A stretch of 64,000 nucleotides of DNA from Thermodesulfobacteriota bacterium. Its GTDB lineage: Bacteria; Desulfobacterota; Binatia; Bin18. Position numbers and translations under genes: made by a program. The DNA is taken from NCBI GenBank assembly GCA_964291405.2, contig OZ219926.1:4192001-4256000 (forward strand), read 5' to 3'. This document shows, piece after piece, positions 1 through 8,957 of this stretch. Position 1 is the first letter of the stretch; every line of letters begins with the position of its first letter. Under the pieces are notes generated by a model, which worked only from the letters and a program-made list of their open reading frames with translations, did not search any database and was not told the DNA's origin.

Positions 1-2549
1 GGAATGCCTACGAAACTATTACCAAAGAACCCGAATATGCGGACCGGCTCGGGCGCTATGGCGGAACGTATAGCGCCCCACTCACGGACCTGCCGAACAT
101 GCCGTACGTCTGCCTGCGTCTGCCGACCGGCGGTGGCAAAACAATCCTGGGCGCTCACGCCGTTGCCGTAGCGCGTGATGCCTGGATAGAGAAAGACTAT
201 CCGCTGGTCCTGTGGCTGGTGCCGACAAAGACGATTCGTTCGCAAACAGTCGAAGCCCTGAAGAACGCCGGCCACCCGTATCGGCAGGTTCTGGATGAAG
301 ACTTTGACGGCCGGGTGCGCGTGTTCGATATTGCGGACTTTACCCATATTCGACCGCACGACCTGCGCGACCACTGCTGTATTATAGTCGGCACTATTCA
401 GACATTGCGGGTGACGAACACCGAGGGCCGTAAGGTCTACGCCCACCACGAGGAAATGGAGCCGCATTTCTCCGGGGCCCAGAATGCTACGCCGGGCCTG
501 GAGAAAATGGAGGGCGGCGTCAAGTTTTCCTTCGCCAACCTGCTGCACATCCACCGCCCGCTGATGATCGTGGATGAGGCCCACAACGCGGTAACCGGTC
601 TGACTCGCGAGATGCAAACGCGGGTCAATCCGTGCGCGATTATCGAGTTCACCGCCACTCCTCAGCCCAAGTCGAATATCCTGTACAGCGTCTCCGCCCT
701 GGAACTCAAACGCGAGGACATGATCAAGTTGCCGATCATGCTGTCCGAGCACGGCACCTGGCAAAACGCGGTCAACGGCGCGATTGCGAAGCGGGCGTCT
801 CTGGCAGAAGCCGCCAAACGAGACGCCGCCTACCTCCGGCCCATCGTCCTGTTCCAGGCTCAGAAGAAAAATCAAGAAGTTACGGTCGAAGCGCTGAAAG
901 AACATCTGACGGATGTTGAGCACATTCCCGCAAGCGTAATCGCCATTGCTACCGGCGACCAGCGGGAACTGGACGGTATCGACCTGTTCGATCCACATTG
1001 TCCGATTGAATACGTCATCACCGTCGAAGCCCTGAAAGAAGGCTGGGACTGTTCCTTCGCCTATGTGTTTTGCTCGGTCTCGCGTATTCACAGTGCGACA
1101 GATGTGGAACAGCTCTTGGGCCGCGTGCTGCGCATGCCCTACGCCAAGCGGCGTAAAGTTACCGATCTGAACAAGGCGTATGCCTACCTGTCCGAGCCGT
1201 CCTCGGGAGCATCCGCGCGGGCATTGACCGATAAGCTCGTTGCAATGGGATTTGAGGAAGATGAGGCGCGTGACAACATTGAGCCGGTACAGGGAGAGTT
1301 GGGAGGCGAGGACGGTCTTTTCGGTCTGCGCGACCAGCCGCCACCATCATTCCGGCATACGCTCTCGGTGACGCCAGAGGCGCTGTCAGCCTTGAAGCAG
1401 ACACAACGAGACGGTGTGACGGTGCGCGAGACTGGTGGCGGGAAAGTTGAGATCGAGATTGTTGGCCCTGTGGACGACGCTCTGGAAACGGTCATCCGTG
1501 CAGCGGTCCCGGAGGCGGAACATGGGCGGATTGATGAGTCCTTTGGGGAGTATCGGAAGCTTCTCTCGCCCGCCGAACGTGGTGAGAAGTTCGACGTGCC
1601 GCGTCTCATGGCGGAACTCCAAGGAGAGCTTGAGTTCGCCGATACCGACGTGTTCATGGAAGATCACGATTGGTCGCTGCTCAACCACTCGTCGCACTTG
1701 GATGAGCATGAATTTACGGTCCGTGAGACATCACGCAGTTTTGAGATCGACATTGACGGCAGGCACGTCACCTATCAGTTCGCCGGCGAGGAGGAGCAAC
1801 TCGCGCTGAACGTAGACGTAGCAGGCTGGACGCCTGAAGCTCTGGTGCTGTGGCTTGATCGACAGGTGCGTCAGCCCGACATCAGGCAGGGTGAATTGAT
1901 CAAATGGCTGTCCGAACTCGTTGGCCATCTAATAAACAGACGCGCCCTGCATATCGCTGCACTCATGCGGTGTAAGTTTATCCTGGCACGGAAGCTACGC
2001 GACAAAATTAGCGCCATTCGTCGGCAGGAACGAAAGAGTACCTATCAACAGCGTCTTTTTGCGCCAGAGGCAAAAGTCGAAATATCCTTCGACGATGCCT
2101 TCTCATTCAAGGCCGGGATGTATCAGGATCAGCGGCGATACCGGGGGCGCTGGGAGCCGGGGAAGCATTTTTTAGGTTCAGACCACGTTCCGGCTTTCGA
2201 CGGCGCGGACGATGGTGAAGAAGTCCAGTGCGCCCAGGAGCTCGACAGCCTGCCCGGCGTGAAATACTGGATTCGCAATGTAGCCCGCCACCCGGAGTCG
2301 TTCTGGCTGCCAACCGCAACGGACAAGTTTTACCCTGACCTCGTAGCACTGCTGAACGACGGACGGCTGCTCGTTGTCGAATATAAGGGGGCACATATCG
2401 CTGATGGAGCGGATACCGCAGAGAAACGGACCATCGGCGAACTGTGGCAACAAAAAAGCAACGGCAAGGGCCTTTTCCTCGTTGTTGAAAGACTCCTCAA
2501 CGGCCGGGACGTATACCAGCAGTTGATAGAGAAAACTGGTGCTACCTGA
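1..2549 (+). CDS. Type III restriction enzyme Res subunit-like DEAD/DEAH helicase-nuclease (5' end outside window)
   Basis: Walker A LPTGGGKT, DEAH, FTATP, EGWD and QLLGRVLR helicase motifs; C-terminal FYPD...VVEYKG PD-(D/E)xK nuclease; frame is open from position 3, upstream of ATG 99. Confidence 0.85.
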   Translation, partial: NAYETITKEPEYADRLGRYGGTYSAPLTDLPNMPYVCLRLPTGGGKTILGAHAVAVARDAWIEKDYPLVLWLVPTKTIRSQTVEALKNAGHPYRQVLDEDFDGRVRVFDIADFTHIRPHDLRDHCCIIVGTIQTLRVTNTEGRKVYAHHEEMEPHFSGAQNATPGLEKMEGGVKFSFANLLHIHRPLMIVDEAHNAVTGLTREMQTRVNPCAIIEFTATPQPKSNILYSVSALELKREDMIKLPIMLSEHGTWQNAVNGAIAKRASLAEAAKRDAAYLRPIVLFQAQKKNQEVTVEALKEHLTDVEHIPASVIAIATGDQRELDGIDLFDPHCPIEYVITVEALKEGWDCSFAYVFCSVSRIHSATDVEQLLGRVLRMPYAKRRKVTDLNKAYAYLSEPSSGASARALTDKLVAMGFEEDEARDNIEPVQGELGGEDGLFGLRDQPPPSFRHTLSVTPEALSALKQTQRDGVTVRETGGGKVEIEIVGPVDDALETVIRAAVPEAEHGRIDESFGEYRKLLSPAERGEKFDVPRLMAELQGELEFADTDVFMEDHDWSLLNHSSHLDEHEFTVRETSRSFEIDIDGRHVTYQFAGEEEQLALNVDVAGWTPEALVLWLDRQVRQPDIRQGELIKWLSELVGHLINRRALHIAALMRCKFILARKLRDKISAIRRQERKSTYQQRLFAPEAKVEISFDDAFSFKAGMYQDQRRYRGRWEPGKHFLGSDHVPAFDGADDGEEVQCAQELDSLPGVKYWIRNVARHPESFWLPTATDKFYPDLVALLNDGRLLVVEYKGAHIADGADTAEKRTIGELWQQKSNGKGLFLVVERLLNGRDVYQQLIEKTGAT

Positions 2550-2590
2550 AGCTGTGCAAGCACTTTGCGATACGCGAGCGCACGGCGCAG

Positions 2591-2821
2591 CTACGGCCCA
2601 TCGTGAAACACTCTCGCCTGTCGGTTGGCAAGCTGTTCACGCGGCGCTCTGTTCGGCCGACCATGAATACGGTTGAACCAGCTTTCTCGTTCAGCCGAGG
2701 CCACCCCATACCAGTCTAAAGAGAGCATGGCGCGCGAACCACAGTAGAGACAAACCCCTTTGGGGATGCTGGTCAGTAATGCTTCACAGTCTTGACATTG
2801 ATAAGTAAACGTTCCCTTCAT
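2591..2821 (-). CDS. Small zinc-ribbon protein (76 aa)
   Basis: CQDC...CLYC; strong SD GAGGAGG upstream of ATG 2821. Confidence 0.6.
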   Translation of the reverse strand: MKGTFTYQCQDCEALLTSIPKGVCLYCGSRAMLSLDWYGVASAERESWFNRIHGRPNRAPREQLANRQARVFHDGP

Positions 2822-3001
2822 CCGCGACCTCCTCACCTCATCCACAGGAACCATCCACCGTCTACTCTCCCCGTTTCCCGAATAGACAGCTACTTGCTGA
2901 CTATATCATTTTCTTCCCGAAGAGACAGCCCCGACCAAGAGGTATGGGGGATTGCGTAGCGTGACTGTTTGCGCATACTCCACCTGCGTGGAGGAATGAA
3001 C

Positions 3002-4192
3002 ATGATGCAACCGCTGGCTGGCTTTCGGGTCCTTGATCTCTCGCGCATATTAGCCGGGCCTTTTTGCGCCATGACCCTGGGAGACCTTGGGGCCGAGGTC
3101 ATCAAAATCGAGCGGCCGGGAAGCGGTGATGATACCCGTGCCTGGGGGCCGCCGTTTGCGGGCGGGGAAAGTGCGTATTACCTCTGCGCCAACCGCAATA
3201 AAAAAAGTATTACCGTCAATCTCAAATCGGATGCGGGCAAGGAATTGATTCGCCGTCTCGTTCGAGTCAGCGATGTGCTCATTGAAAACTTCAAATCCGG
3301 GGAAATGGAGTCACTGAATCTTGGATATGAACAGCTCAAGCAGGAGAACGCAGGGCTGGTCTATTGTGCGATTACCGGCTACGGCCAGACCGGTCCGGAC
3401 AAAGACCTACCCGGCTATGACTTCATTATTCAGGGCCGGGGCGGGGTGATGAGCATCACCGGCGAGGCCGGGGGCGAGCCCATGAAAGTCGGGGTCGCCA
3501 TTACCGACATTACTGCCGGTTTGTTCGCCGCCAATGCCATTCAGGCCGCCTTGCTCGCCCGAACGAAAACGGGCCAAGGGCAGGCGATCGACATCTCTCT
3601 GCTGGACGCCCAAGTCGCGTGGCTGGCAAACGTTGGCAGTAATTATTTAGTGTCTGGTACCAAGCCCGGTCGATACGGCAACGCTCATCCATCCATTGTG
3701 CCGTATCAGTCCTTTCAAGCCCAAGACGGCTATTTTTGTCTGGCGGTTGGCAACGATGGCCAGTGGCAGAAACTCTGCCGGCTCATCGCCCGCCCTGAGC
3801 TGACGGCTGACGAACGTTTTTCCACCAACCCCGCGCGAGTACAAAACCGGGAGCTCCTTATTCCCATTCTCCAAGACGTGTTTGGCACGGACACGGTACA
3901 CGGTTGGCTGCAAAAAATTCGCGCCGCCGGTATTGCGTGCGGGCCCATTCAATCCATTGACGAAGTCTTTGCTGACGAACAGGTGCTTGCCCGCGACATG
4001 CGTGTGGCCATGCCGCATCCAACCGCGGGAGAAGTCCTGCTTGCCGGCTCGCCGCTCAAACTCTCCGCGACCCCGGTCGAGTTCCACCTCCCGCCGCCTT
4101 TATTAGGAGAGCATACAGACGAGGTGTTGACAGACCTGCTTGGCTATTCGGCCAAGGAGATTAGGCGGTTGCGCGGAGAAGGGGTGGTTTGA
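3002..4192 (+). CDS. Family III CoA transferase (CaiB/BaiF)
   Basis: VLDLSRILAGP, LGDLGAEVIKIE, NRNKKS, GYD, PPPLLGEHT; SD GGAGG. Confidence 0.93.
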   Translation: MMQPLAGFRVLDLSRILAGPFCAMTLGDLGAEVIKIERPGSGDDTRAWGPPFAGGESAYYLCANRNKKSITVNLKSDAGKELIRRLVRVSDVLIENFKSGEMESLNLGYEQLKQENAGLVYCAITGYGQTGPDKDLPGYDFIIQGRGGVMSITGEAGGEPMKVGVAITDITAGLFAANAIQAALLARTKTGQGQAIDISLLDAQVAWLANVGSNYLVSGTKPGRYGNAHPSIVPYQSFQAQDGYFCLAVGNDGQWQKLCRLIARPELTADERFSTNPARVQNRELLIPILQDVFGTDTVHGWLQKIRAAGIACGPIQSIDEVFADEQVLARDMRVAMPHPTAGEVLLAGSPLKLSATPVEFHLPPPLLGEHTDEVLTDLLGYSAKEIRRLRGEGVV

Positions 4193-4205
4193 TTAGCGAC
4201 ACACT

Positions 4206-4640
4206 TTACCTGTTGGTTGTTATAAAAGGATTGCGAACCCTCACACTCCCGTACATGCGCGTATGCTGAAAGTCTTCGGAGAGGATTTCGGTCAGTCCGT
4301 AGACTTCCGCGTAGGCCCACAGGTGGGCATCAAACCAGGATAAACCGTACGCTGCCGCACCCCGTAAGGCGGTCCGCAACACAGCTTCATTGGGATAAAG
4401 GGCTCTAAACTGAGCCAGCATTTCTTCTGCCTCGCGTCGCGCATCCGCTGGCTCCAGGAGTTGGACTTCGGGTCTGCCGCGGGTCGTTGCCGTAACGAAC
4501 TCGACAATGGCCTGACTCGGTACTCTGAATACGTTGGATTTGATGCCTTGGCGTAGAATGTCGGTCACAATCCGCTGCTTTTCCGGAAAGCGAGCGTCGT
4601 AACGATAGACCAGGATATTGGTATCAATGAGGACGGGCAC
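4206..4640 (-). CDS. vapC: PIN-domain (VapC) toxin
   Basis: LIDTNILVY, QAIVEF, SWFDAHLWA, SEDFQH, NPF; start overlaps the antitoxin 3' end. Confidence 0.88.
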   Translation of the reverse strand: MPVLIDTNILVYRYDARFPEKQRIVTDILRQGIKSNVFRVPSQAIVEFVTATTRGRPEVQLLEPADARREAEEMLAQFRALYPNEAVLRTALRGAAAYGLSWFDAHLWAYAEVYGLTEILSEDFQHTRMYGSVRVRNPFITTNR

Positions 4641-4869
4641 GTTGGTACAGGTCTTCGCGCGTCCAGCCACGGCGGTGCGCCCGCTTACGAGGTTCTACCA
4701 GCGATTGGCTCTTACGCTGCCGTGTTGTTGCGGCATCGAACAACTCCAGACGTTCGTTTACGTTGAGCGCGGCGGTTGACATGCCTGTGGTCGGAGGTGG
4801 GACTTGAATGACATCTCCCTCGGCCTCAATAGGAACTCTCCCCCACAATTTACTCGTAATCTTCGCCAT
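4624..4869 (-). CDS. Putative antitoxin of AbrB/MazE-type origin, DNA-binding region apparently shortened
   Basis: MAKITSKL start, RGWTREDLY C-terminus typical of VapC-binding antitoxins, overlaps PIN gene. Confidence 0.65.
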   Translation of the reverse strand: MAKITSKLWGRVPIEAEGDVIQVPPPTTGMSTAALNVNERLELFDAATTRQRKSQSLVEPRKRAHRRGWTREDLYQRARPH

Positions 4870-4893
4870 ATTCTTGACTCTGGCAATGGCGAG

Positions 4894-6246
4894 TTATCGC
4901 CGCCCCTGGCTTAAGATATTTACGTCGTAGCGTTCCTCGACGTGTTCGAGATCGACGTCGGGGTACTCAATGGTGTAGGCGGAGAAAATCGTAGCCTGCT
5001 CCTGTTTGACATCAACAATCGTAAAACCGATGTTGCGGGGCACCTGCTTGCCCCGGTCCGACTCGGCCTGACTCGGGTCTTCGGACCAGCCGTGCAGCAG
5101 GTCGTTAACCTTCCAGAGCTTGCCATCAGCATCAAAAACCAGGACCATCGCCGTCTCATAGGTCTCCGCATCCCAGAAATAGATTTTGCTGCTGTAGTTG
5201 CGAGGCATGGTCGGTGTTTGTTCGACAACGGCACATAAACGCAGCTCCCAGCGGTCGTTGGGTAGCCAGCCGTTGGGGCCGTAGAAGCGGGCATACGGGT
5301 GCTGGGAATTCATGACGTGCAACAGCACCTTCCATCCCAGAAATTTCCACTCATGGTCAAGGATACGGCCGGAAAATCCAGTAAAATCGTCCAGCGTCAT
5401 TTCTGTTCCGGCAACGGAATCATCCCGCTCGTGCGTGGACAGGCGGCGGACCTTGCGCAATTGGGGCAGGAAGCCCCAGGCGTCGTCCGGCTGACGCGGG
5501 TTATCATAGCGATAGATCATAAACCGTTGTCCGCGGACATCGTACGGCTCAAGCACCTCGACATAATCCTTGTATTCAAATCGCCCCGCATCAGTAAAAG
5601 GCAGGAGATGACCCTGCTGTGATAACTGGGCCAAATGGTTGTGGTAGACGCGTTGGTATAAGGCAACGAGATGGCGGATGGCTCTCCCTCCGCCCTGAAT
5701 CAGGTCCTCCGGGAACCCGGACAGCCGTGACGCGCTTCCGCCCTTGGCAATGAGCGCGCCCAGATAGCGCTCGACATTCATCCCGTAGTACTGCCAGCGG
5801 TAATTGAAATTCCAGGCTGCCTTGACCCCCGAAGTCGGGTCGTCAGGATTGATCAGCGCTTGGGCAAATGGCCGCCCGGCAATATAATTCTCAAGTGCGC
5901 CGTCTGCGGCGAGACGGGTTTGATTGGCGTACTGCTCGGTTGCAGCCAGATAATCGGGGTGGGGCGGGTAATGGCCCGTGGGTGCAACGTGAAACGCGAC
6001 TTCAGGAAAATCAAACTCGTCAATATAGCGCGGGGGCAGGAAGGGGCGCAGCTTCTCCAGGTCGGCCTGTCCCAGAACATCGCCCTCTTTGAATTGGGGA
6101 AGCGTGGTCAGGTTCATGCTAATCCACTGTTGGATATCTTCCCGAGTGGGGAGATCCTGGCCCTGTGGGTGGACATGGGGTGTCAACACGACGCTCAGCA
6201 CGAGCACAATGAGTACGCCACACATGGAAAAAATCGTCTTACGCAT
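4894..6246 (-). CDS. DUF1329 family periplasmic protein
   Basis: Signal peptide; LENYIAGRPF, KAAWN, DDAWGFLPQLRKVRRLS, D..GKLWK; paralog of 22482..23924. Confidence 0.85.
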   Translation of the reverse strand: MRKTIFSMCGVLIVLVLSVVLTPHVHPQGQDLPTREDIQQWISMNLTTLPQFKEGDVLGQADLEKLRPFLPPRYIDEFDFPEVAFHVAPTGHYPPHPDYLAATEQYANQTRLAADGALENYIAGRPFAQALINPDDPTSGVKAAWNFNYRWQYYGMNVERYLGALIAKGGSASRLSGFPEDLIQGGGRAIRHLVALYQRVYHNHLAQLSQQGHLLPFTDAGRFEYKDYVEVLEPYDVRGQRFMIYRYDNPRQPDDAWGFLPQLRKVRRLSTHERDDSVAGTEMTLDDFTGFSGRILDHEWKFLGWKVLLHVMNSQHPYARFYGPNGWLPNDRWELRLCAVVEQTPTMPRNYSSKIYFWDAETYETAMVLVFDADGKLWKVNDLLHGWSEDPSQAESDRGKQVPRNIGFTIVDVKQEQATIFSAYTIEYPDVDLEHVEERYDVNILSQGRR

Positions 6247-6374
6247 GGACTCTGTTTCCTTCCCAGTCTGCTGCTGTTGCCGTCAGCCTAACCGAGCCCT
6301 TGTACTGCCGCAAGGATACGGCTGGCTCCAGCGCTGGATGGAGAGGGGTAGGAAGTCGTACGGAGAAGAACGCG

Positions 6375-7562
6375 TCAGCCCTCCGGTTTGGCCCTTGTTC
6401 GCGTCCCCCATGCCGCTCCGGCAGCGCCGCCGAGAGCCACGCCGCCCGCGCACAGAAACATCACTGTAAAATCGGTGTATTCGAGGACCGCTCCCAAGAC
6501 GATACTGCTCAGCCCCACCCCAATATCGAACGCCCCCATCAGCGTGGCCAGCGCCGCCCCGCGCTCGTGCAAGGATGAGCGATCAACAACAAGGGCCATG
6601 ATGGCGGGTTGCACCGCGCCAAAGCCCAAGCCTTGTAAGGCGGCGGCAGTCAGGAGGCTGGGAAGGGACGACGCCAGCGCAAGCGTGGCCATCGCGACCG
6701 CCAGGCAGCCCATACCGGGAACAATCACCGCGGTGCGACCAAAGCGGTCGGACAGCCGCCCGGCAAAGGGACGTGAGACCACGACCACAATGGAATACAC
6801 GCTGAAGTATATGCCCGGATTGCCAAGGTTGGCGTCTTTGACAAAGAGCGGCAGAAAGGAGACCACAGCGCCGAAGGTGACCGTCATGCAGACGGCAATA
6901 AAACCGGGAAAGAGCGCGGTCCGGCTCACCCATTTATGCGGCTGGGTACCTGCCTGGTGCTGGGACGGAGCGCGCGCCGGCTCCCGGATCAATTGTGACA
7001 GGACAAGACTTCCGAGGCCGAGGGCCGCGCACAGCCAGAACAGGGAATCATAACCGATGTGGCCGATGAGCATGACCCCCAGGGCCGGGCCAATGGTCAT
7101 GGCCAGGTTCAGGGACATGCCGTAATAGCCCATCCCCTCTCCACGACGACTCGGCGGGGCCAAGTCCGCAACAATGACCCCGGCGGCGGTCGTATAGGCG
7201 GCTATCCCTAATCCGTGAAAAAAACGCAGACCCAGCATGACCGGGACGGACTCGGCCTGGGTATAGAGCGCGGGAGCCAGACAGTAGATCAGGGCACCTA
7301 TGCTGAGAATGGTCTTCCGACTCCACTGGTCAACCAAACGGCCGGTCATGGGACGCACGAGCAGGGCAGAGACGGCGAACGCGCCCATGATCAGACCGAC
7401 CTGAGAATCTGCGCCGTGGAGTTCCTCAACTACAAAGACCGGCAGGACGGCAAAGAGTAGGAACATGCTGCCGGCAAACAAGAAGGTGCCGAGACACAGC
7501 AGGATAAAATCTCGTGTAAATAAGACTTCCGGACTTTGCGAGGGGGCGGGCGACTCAGGCAC
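6375..7562 (-). CDS. MFS transporter
   Basis: About 12 hydrophobic segments; GRLVDQWSRK and GRLSDRFGR motif A in both halves. Confidence 0.92.
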   Translation of the reverse strand: MPESPAPSQSPEVLFTRDFILLCLGTFLFAGSMFLLFAVLPVFVVEELHGADSQVGLIMGAFAVSALLVRPMTGRLVDQWSRKTILSIGALIYCLAPALYTQAESVPVMLGLRFFHGLGIAAYTTAAGVIVADLAPPSRRGEGMGYYGMSLNLAMTIGPALGVMLIGHIGYDSLFWLCAALGLGSLVLSQLIREPARAPSQHQAGTQPHKWVSRTALFPGFIAVCMTVTFGAVVSFLPLFVKDANLGNPGIYFSVYSIVVVVSRPFAGRLSDRFGRTAVIVPGMGCLAVAMATLALASSLPSLLTAAALQGLGFGAVQPAIMALVVDRSSLHERGAALATLMGAFDIGVGLSSIVLGAVLEYTDFTVMFLCAGGVALGGAAGAAWGTRTRAKPEG

Positions 7563-7610
7563 GGCGGCTGAGTCTATAGGCGGGGGAGGAGGGGAGCAAG
7601 AGATACGAAC

Positions 7611-8366
7611 TTAGAGCATGATATCACCGCCATTGGGGCTGAGGCATTGCCCGACATAGTGGCTCGATTCGTCGGAGGCCAGAAAGACATAGGTCGGCGC
7701 AATATCGTCGACCGTTGCCAGATGGCCTTTGGGAATACTGGCCCGAATGGCTTCCAGGGCCTCGCTGCTGATGCCCTTGAGGATTGGGGTTTGCGTTGCG
7801 CCAGGGCCGACGCAATTCGCATTGATGTTGCGAGTTCCGATTTCACGCGACAGCGAGCGGGTAAACGCGATGATGGCGGCCTTGGCGGCACAGTAATGAC
7901 CCAGGCCGGGCGAGCCGAGATAGGCGAGTTGCGAGGCGGTGCTAATAATTTTGCCGTAGTCTTGCTTATACATCAGCGGTAAGACCAGGCGTGTACACAA
8001 AAAGACGCTTCTCAGGTTGACCGCTAACATCTGGTCCCACATGGAAACCGGCATGTTCTCGACGGTCGCGGCAGAGGCAATGCCGGCATTGTTGACCAGA
8101 ATATCGATGCGGCCATAGGTCTGTATCGTCGTATCAACGAGGTGCTGCACCTCATCTTCCTGGGAAACGTCCGCCCGAATGGAGACTGCCCGACGACCAA
8201 GAGCCTCAACATCTTGCTGGACCGTCGCGGCATTGTCGGCCTGGGAGTCATTCGGGTAGTTGAGGGCAAGGTCGGCCCCCTCTTTGGCAAAGGCGAGGGC
8301 GACCGCTTTTCCAATCCCGCTGCTTGAGCCGGTGATGAGGGCGATTTTATTATCGAGTTTTCCCAT
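7611..8366 (-). CDS. SDR family oxidoreductase (FabG-like)
   Basis: TGSSSGIG, NNAG, YCAAK. Confidence 0.93.
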   Translation of the reverse strand: MGKLDNKIALITGSSSGIGKAVALAFAKEGADLALNYPNDSQADNAATVQQDVEALGRRAVSIRADVSQEDEVQHLVDTTIQTYGRIDILVNNAGIASAATVENMPVSMWDQMLAVNLRSVFLCTRLVLPLMYKQDYGKIISTASQLAYLGSPGLGHYCAAKAAIIAFTRSLSREIGTRNINANCVGPGATQTPILKGISSEALEAIRASIPKGHLATVDDIAPTYVFLASDESSHYVGQCLSPNGGDIML

Positions 8367-8380
8367 TGGTCTCTCCTCGC

Positions 8381-8890
8381 TTATATGGGTTTGTTCTTAA
8401 TCTGCATGGCCACGAGTGTTTCGTCTGTTTTTTCAAACAGGAGTTGGAGCGCGGTTTCCGTATCAAAGGCATGTGGCGCTTCGAGCCGGGCACCTAGGGC
8501 GGCTTTCAGAAATGGGTAGTCGGCTACCCAGGTAGTGAGCTGGGGTGGCTGCTGCTCTTCGGACTGTTGCGCGTGCCACTCCAGCACTGTGTCCGCAACT
8601 TGCAGATAGGCCATGATGGTGTTGACGTACGGCCGCATTTCGTGGGGCGTCTCCTCCATCTTTTGCCGCACAAGCCTTTGAAACACCTGGAACTCGGCAT
8701 GGTAGGTCGGATAGTCCAGTCCGGCATACCCCAGGTCCAGCAACGGCCGGAGAGCGGCTGCTATGTCACGGTGTCCGGTCAGCGGCTGGTTGCGGAGTTG
8801 GTCACAGGAGAAGAGAAAAAGAAAGGCAAGGACGAACACACGCCAGACTATCCGATTCAAACCGACAGTAGGAGCGTTGAGGGCTATCAT
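8381..8890 (-). CDS. Hypothetical lipoprotein
   Basis: Hydrophobic stretch ending LFSC (lipobox-like); fills gap in minus-strand run; start uncertain. Confidence 0.55.
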   Translation of the reverse strand: MIALNAPTVGLNRIVWRVFVLAFLFLFSCDQLRNQPLTGHRDIAAALRPLLDLGYAGLDYPTYHAEFQVFQRLVRQKMEETPHEMRPYVNTIMAYLQVADTVLEWHAQQSEEQQPPQLTTWVADYPFLKAALGARLEAPHAFDTETALQLLFEKTDETLVAMQIKNKPI

Positions 8891-8957
8891 CGGTCTTGAA
8901 TGACAGGCTGGTGCTCGATTCCCCTGACTTCCATCACTGCTCATGAGGGGCAAGAGA

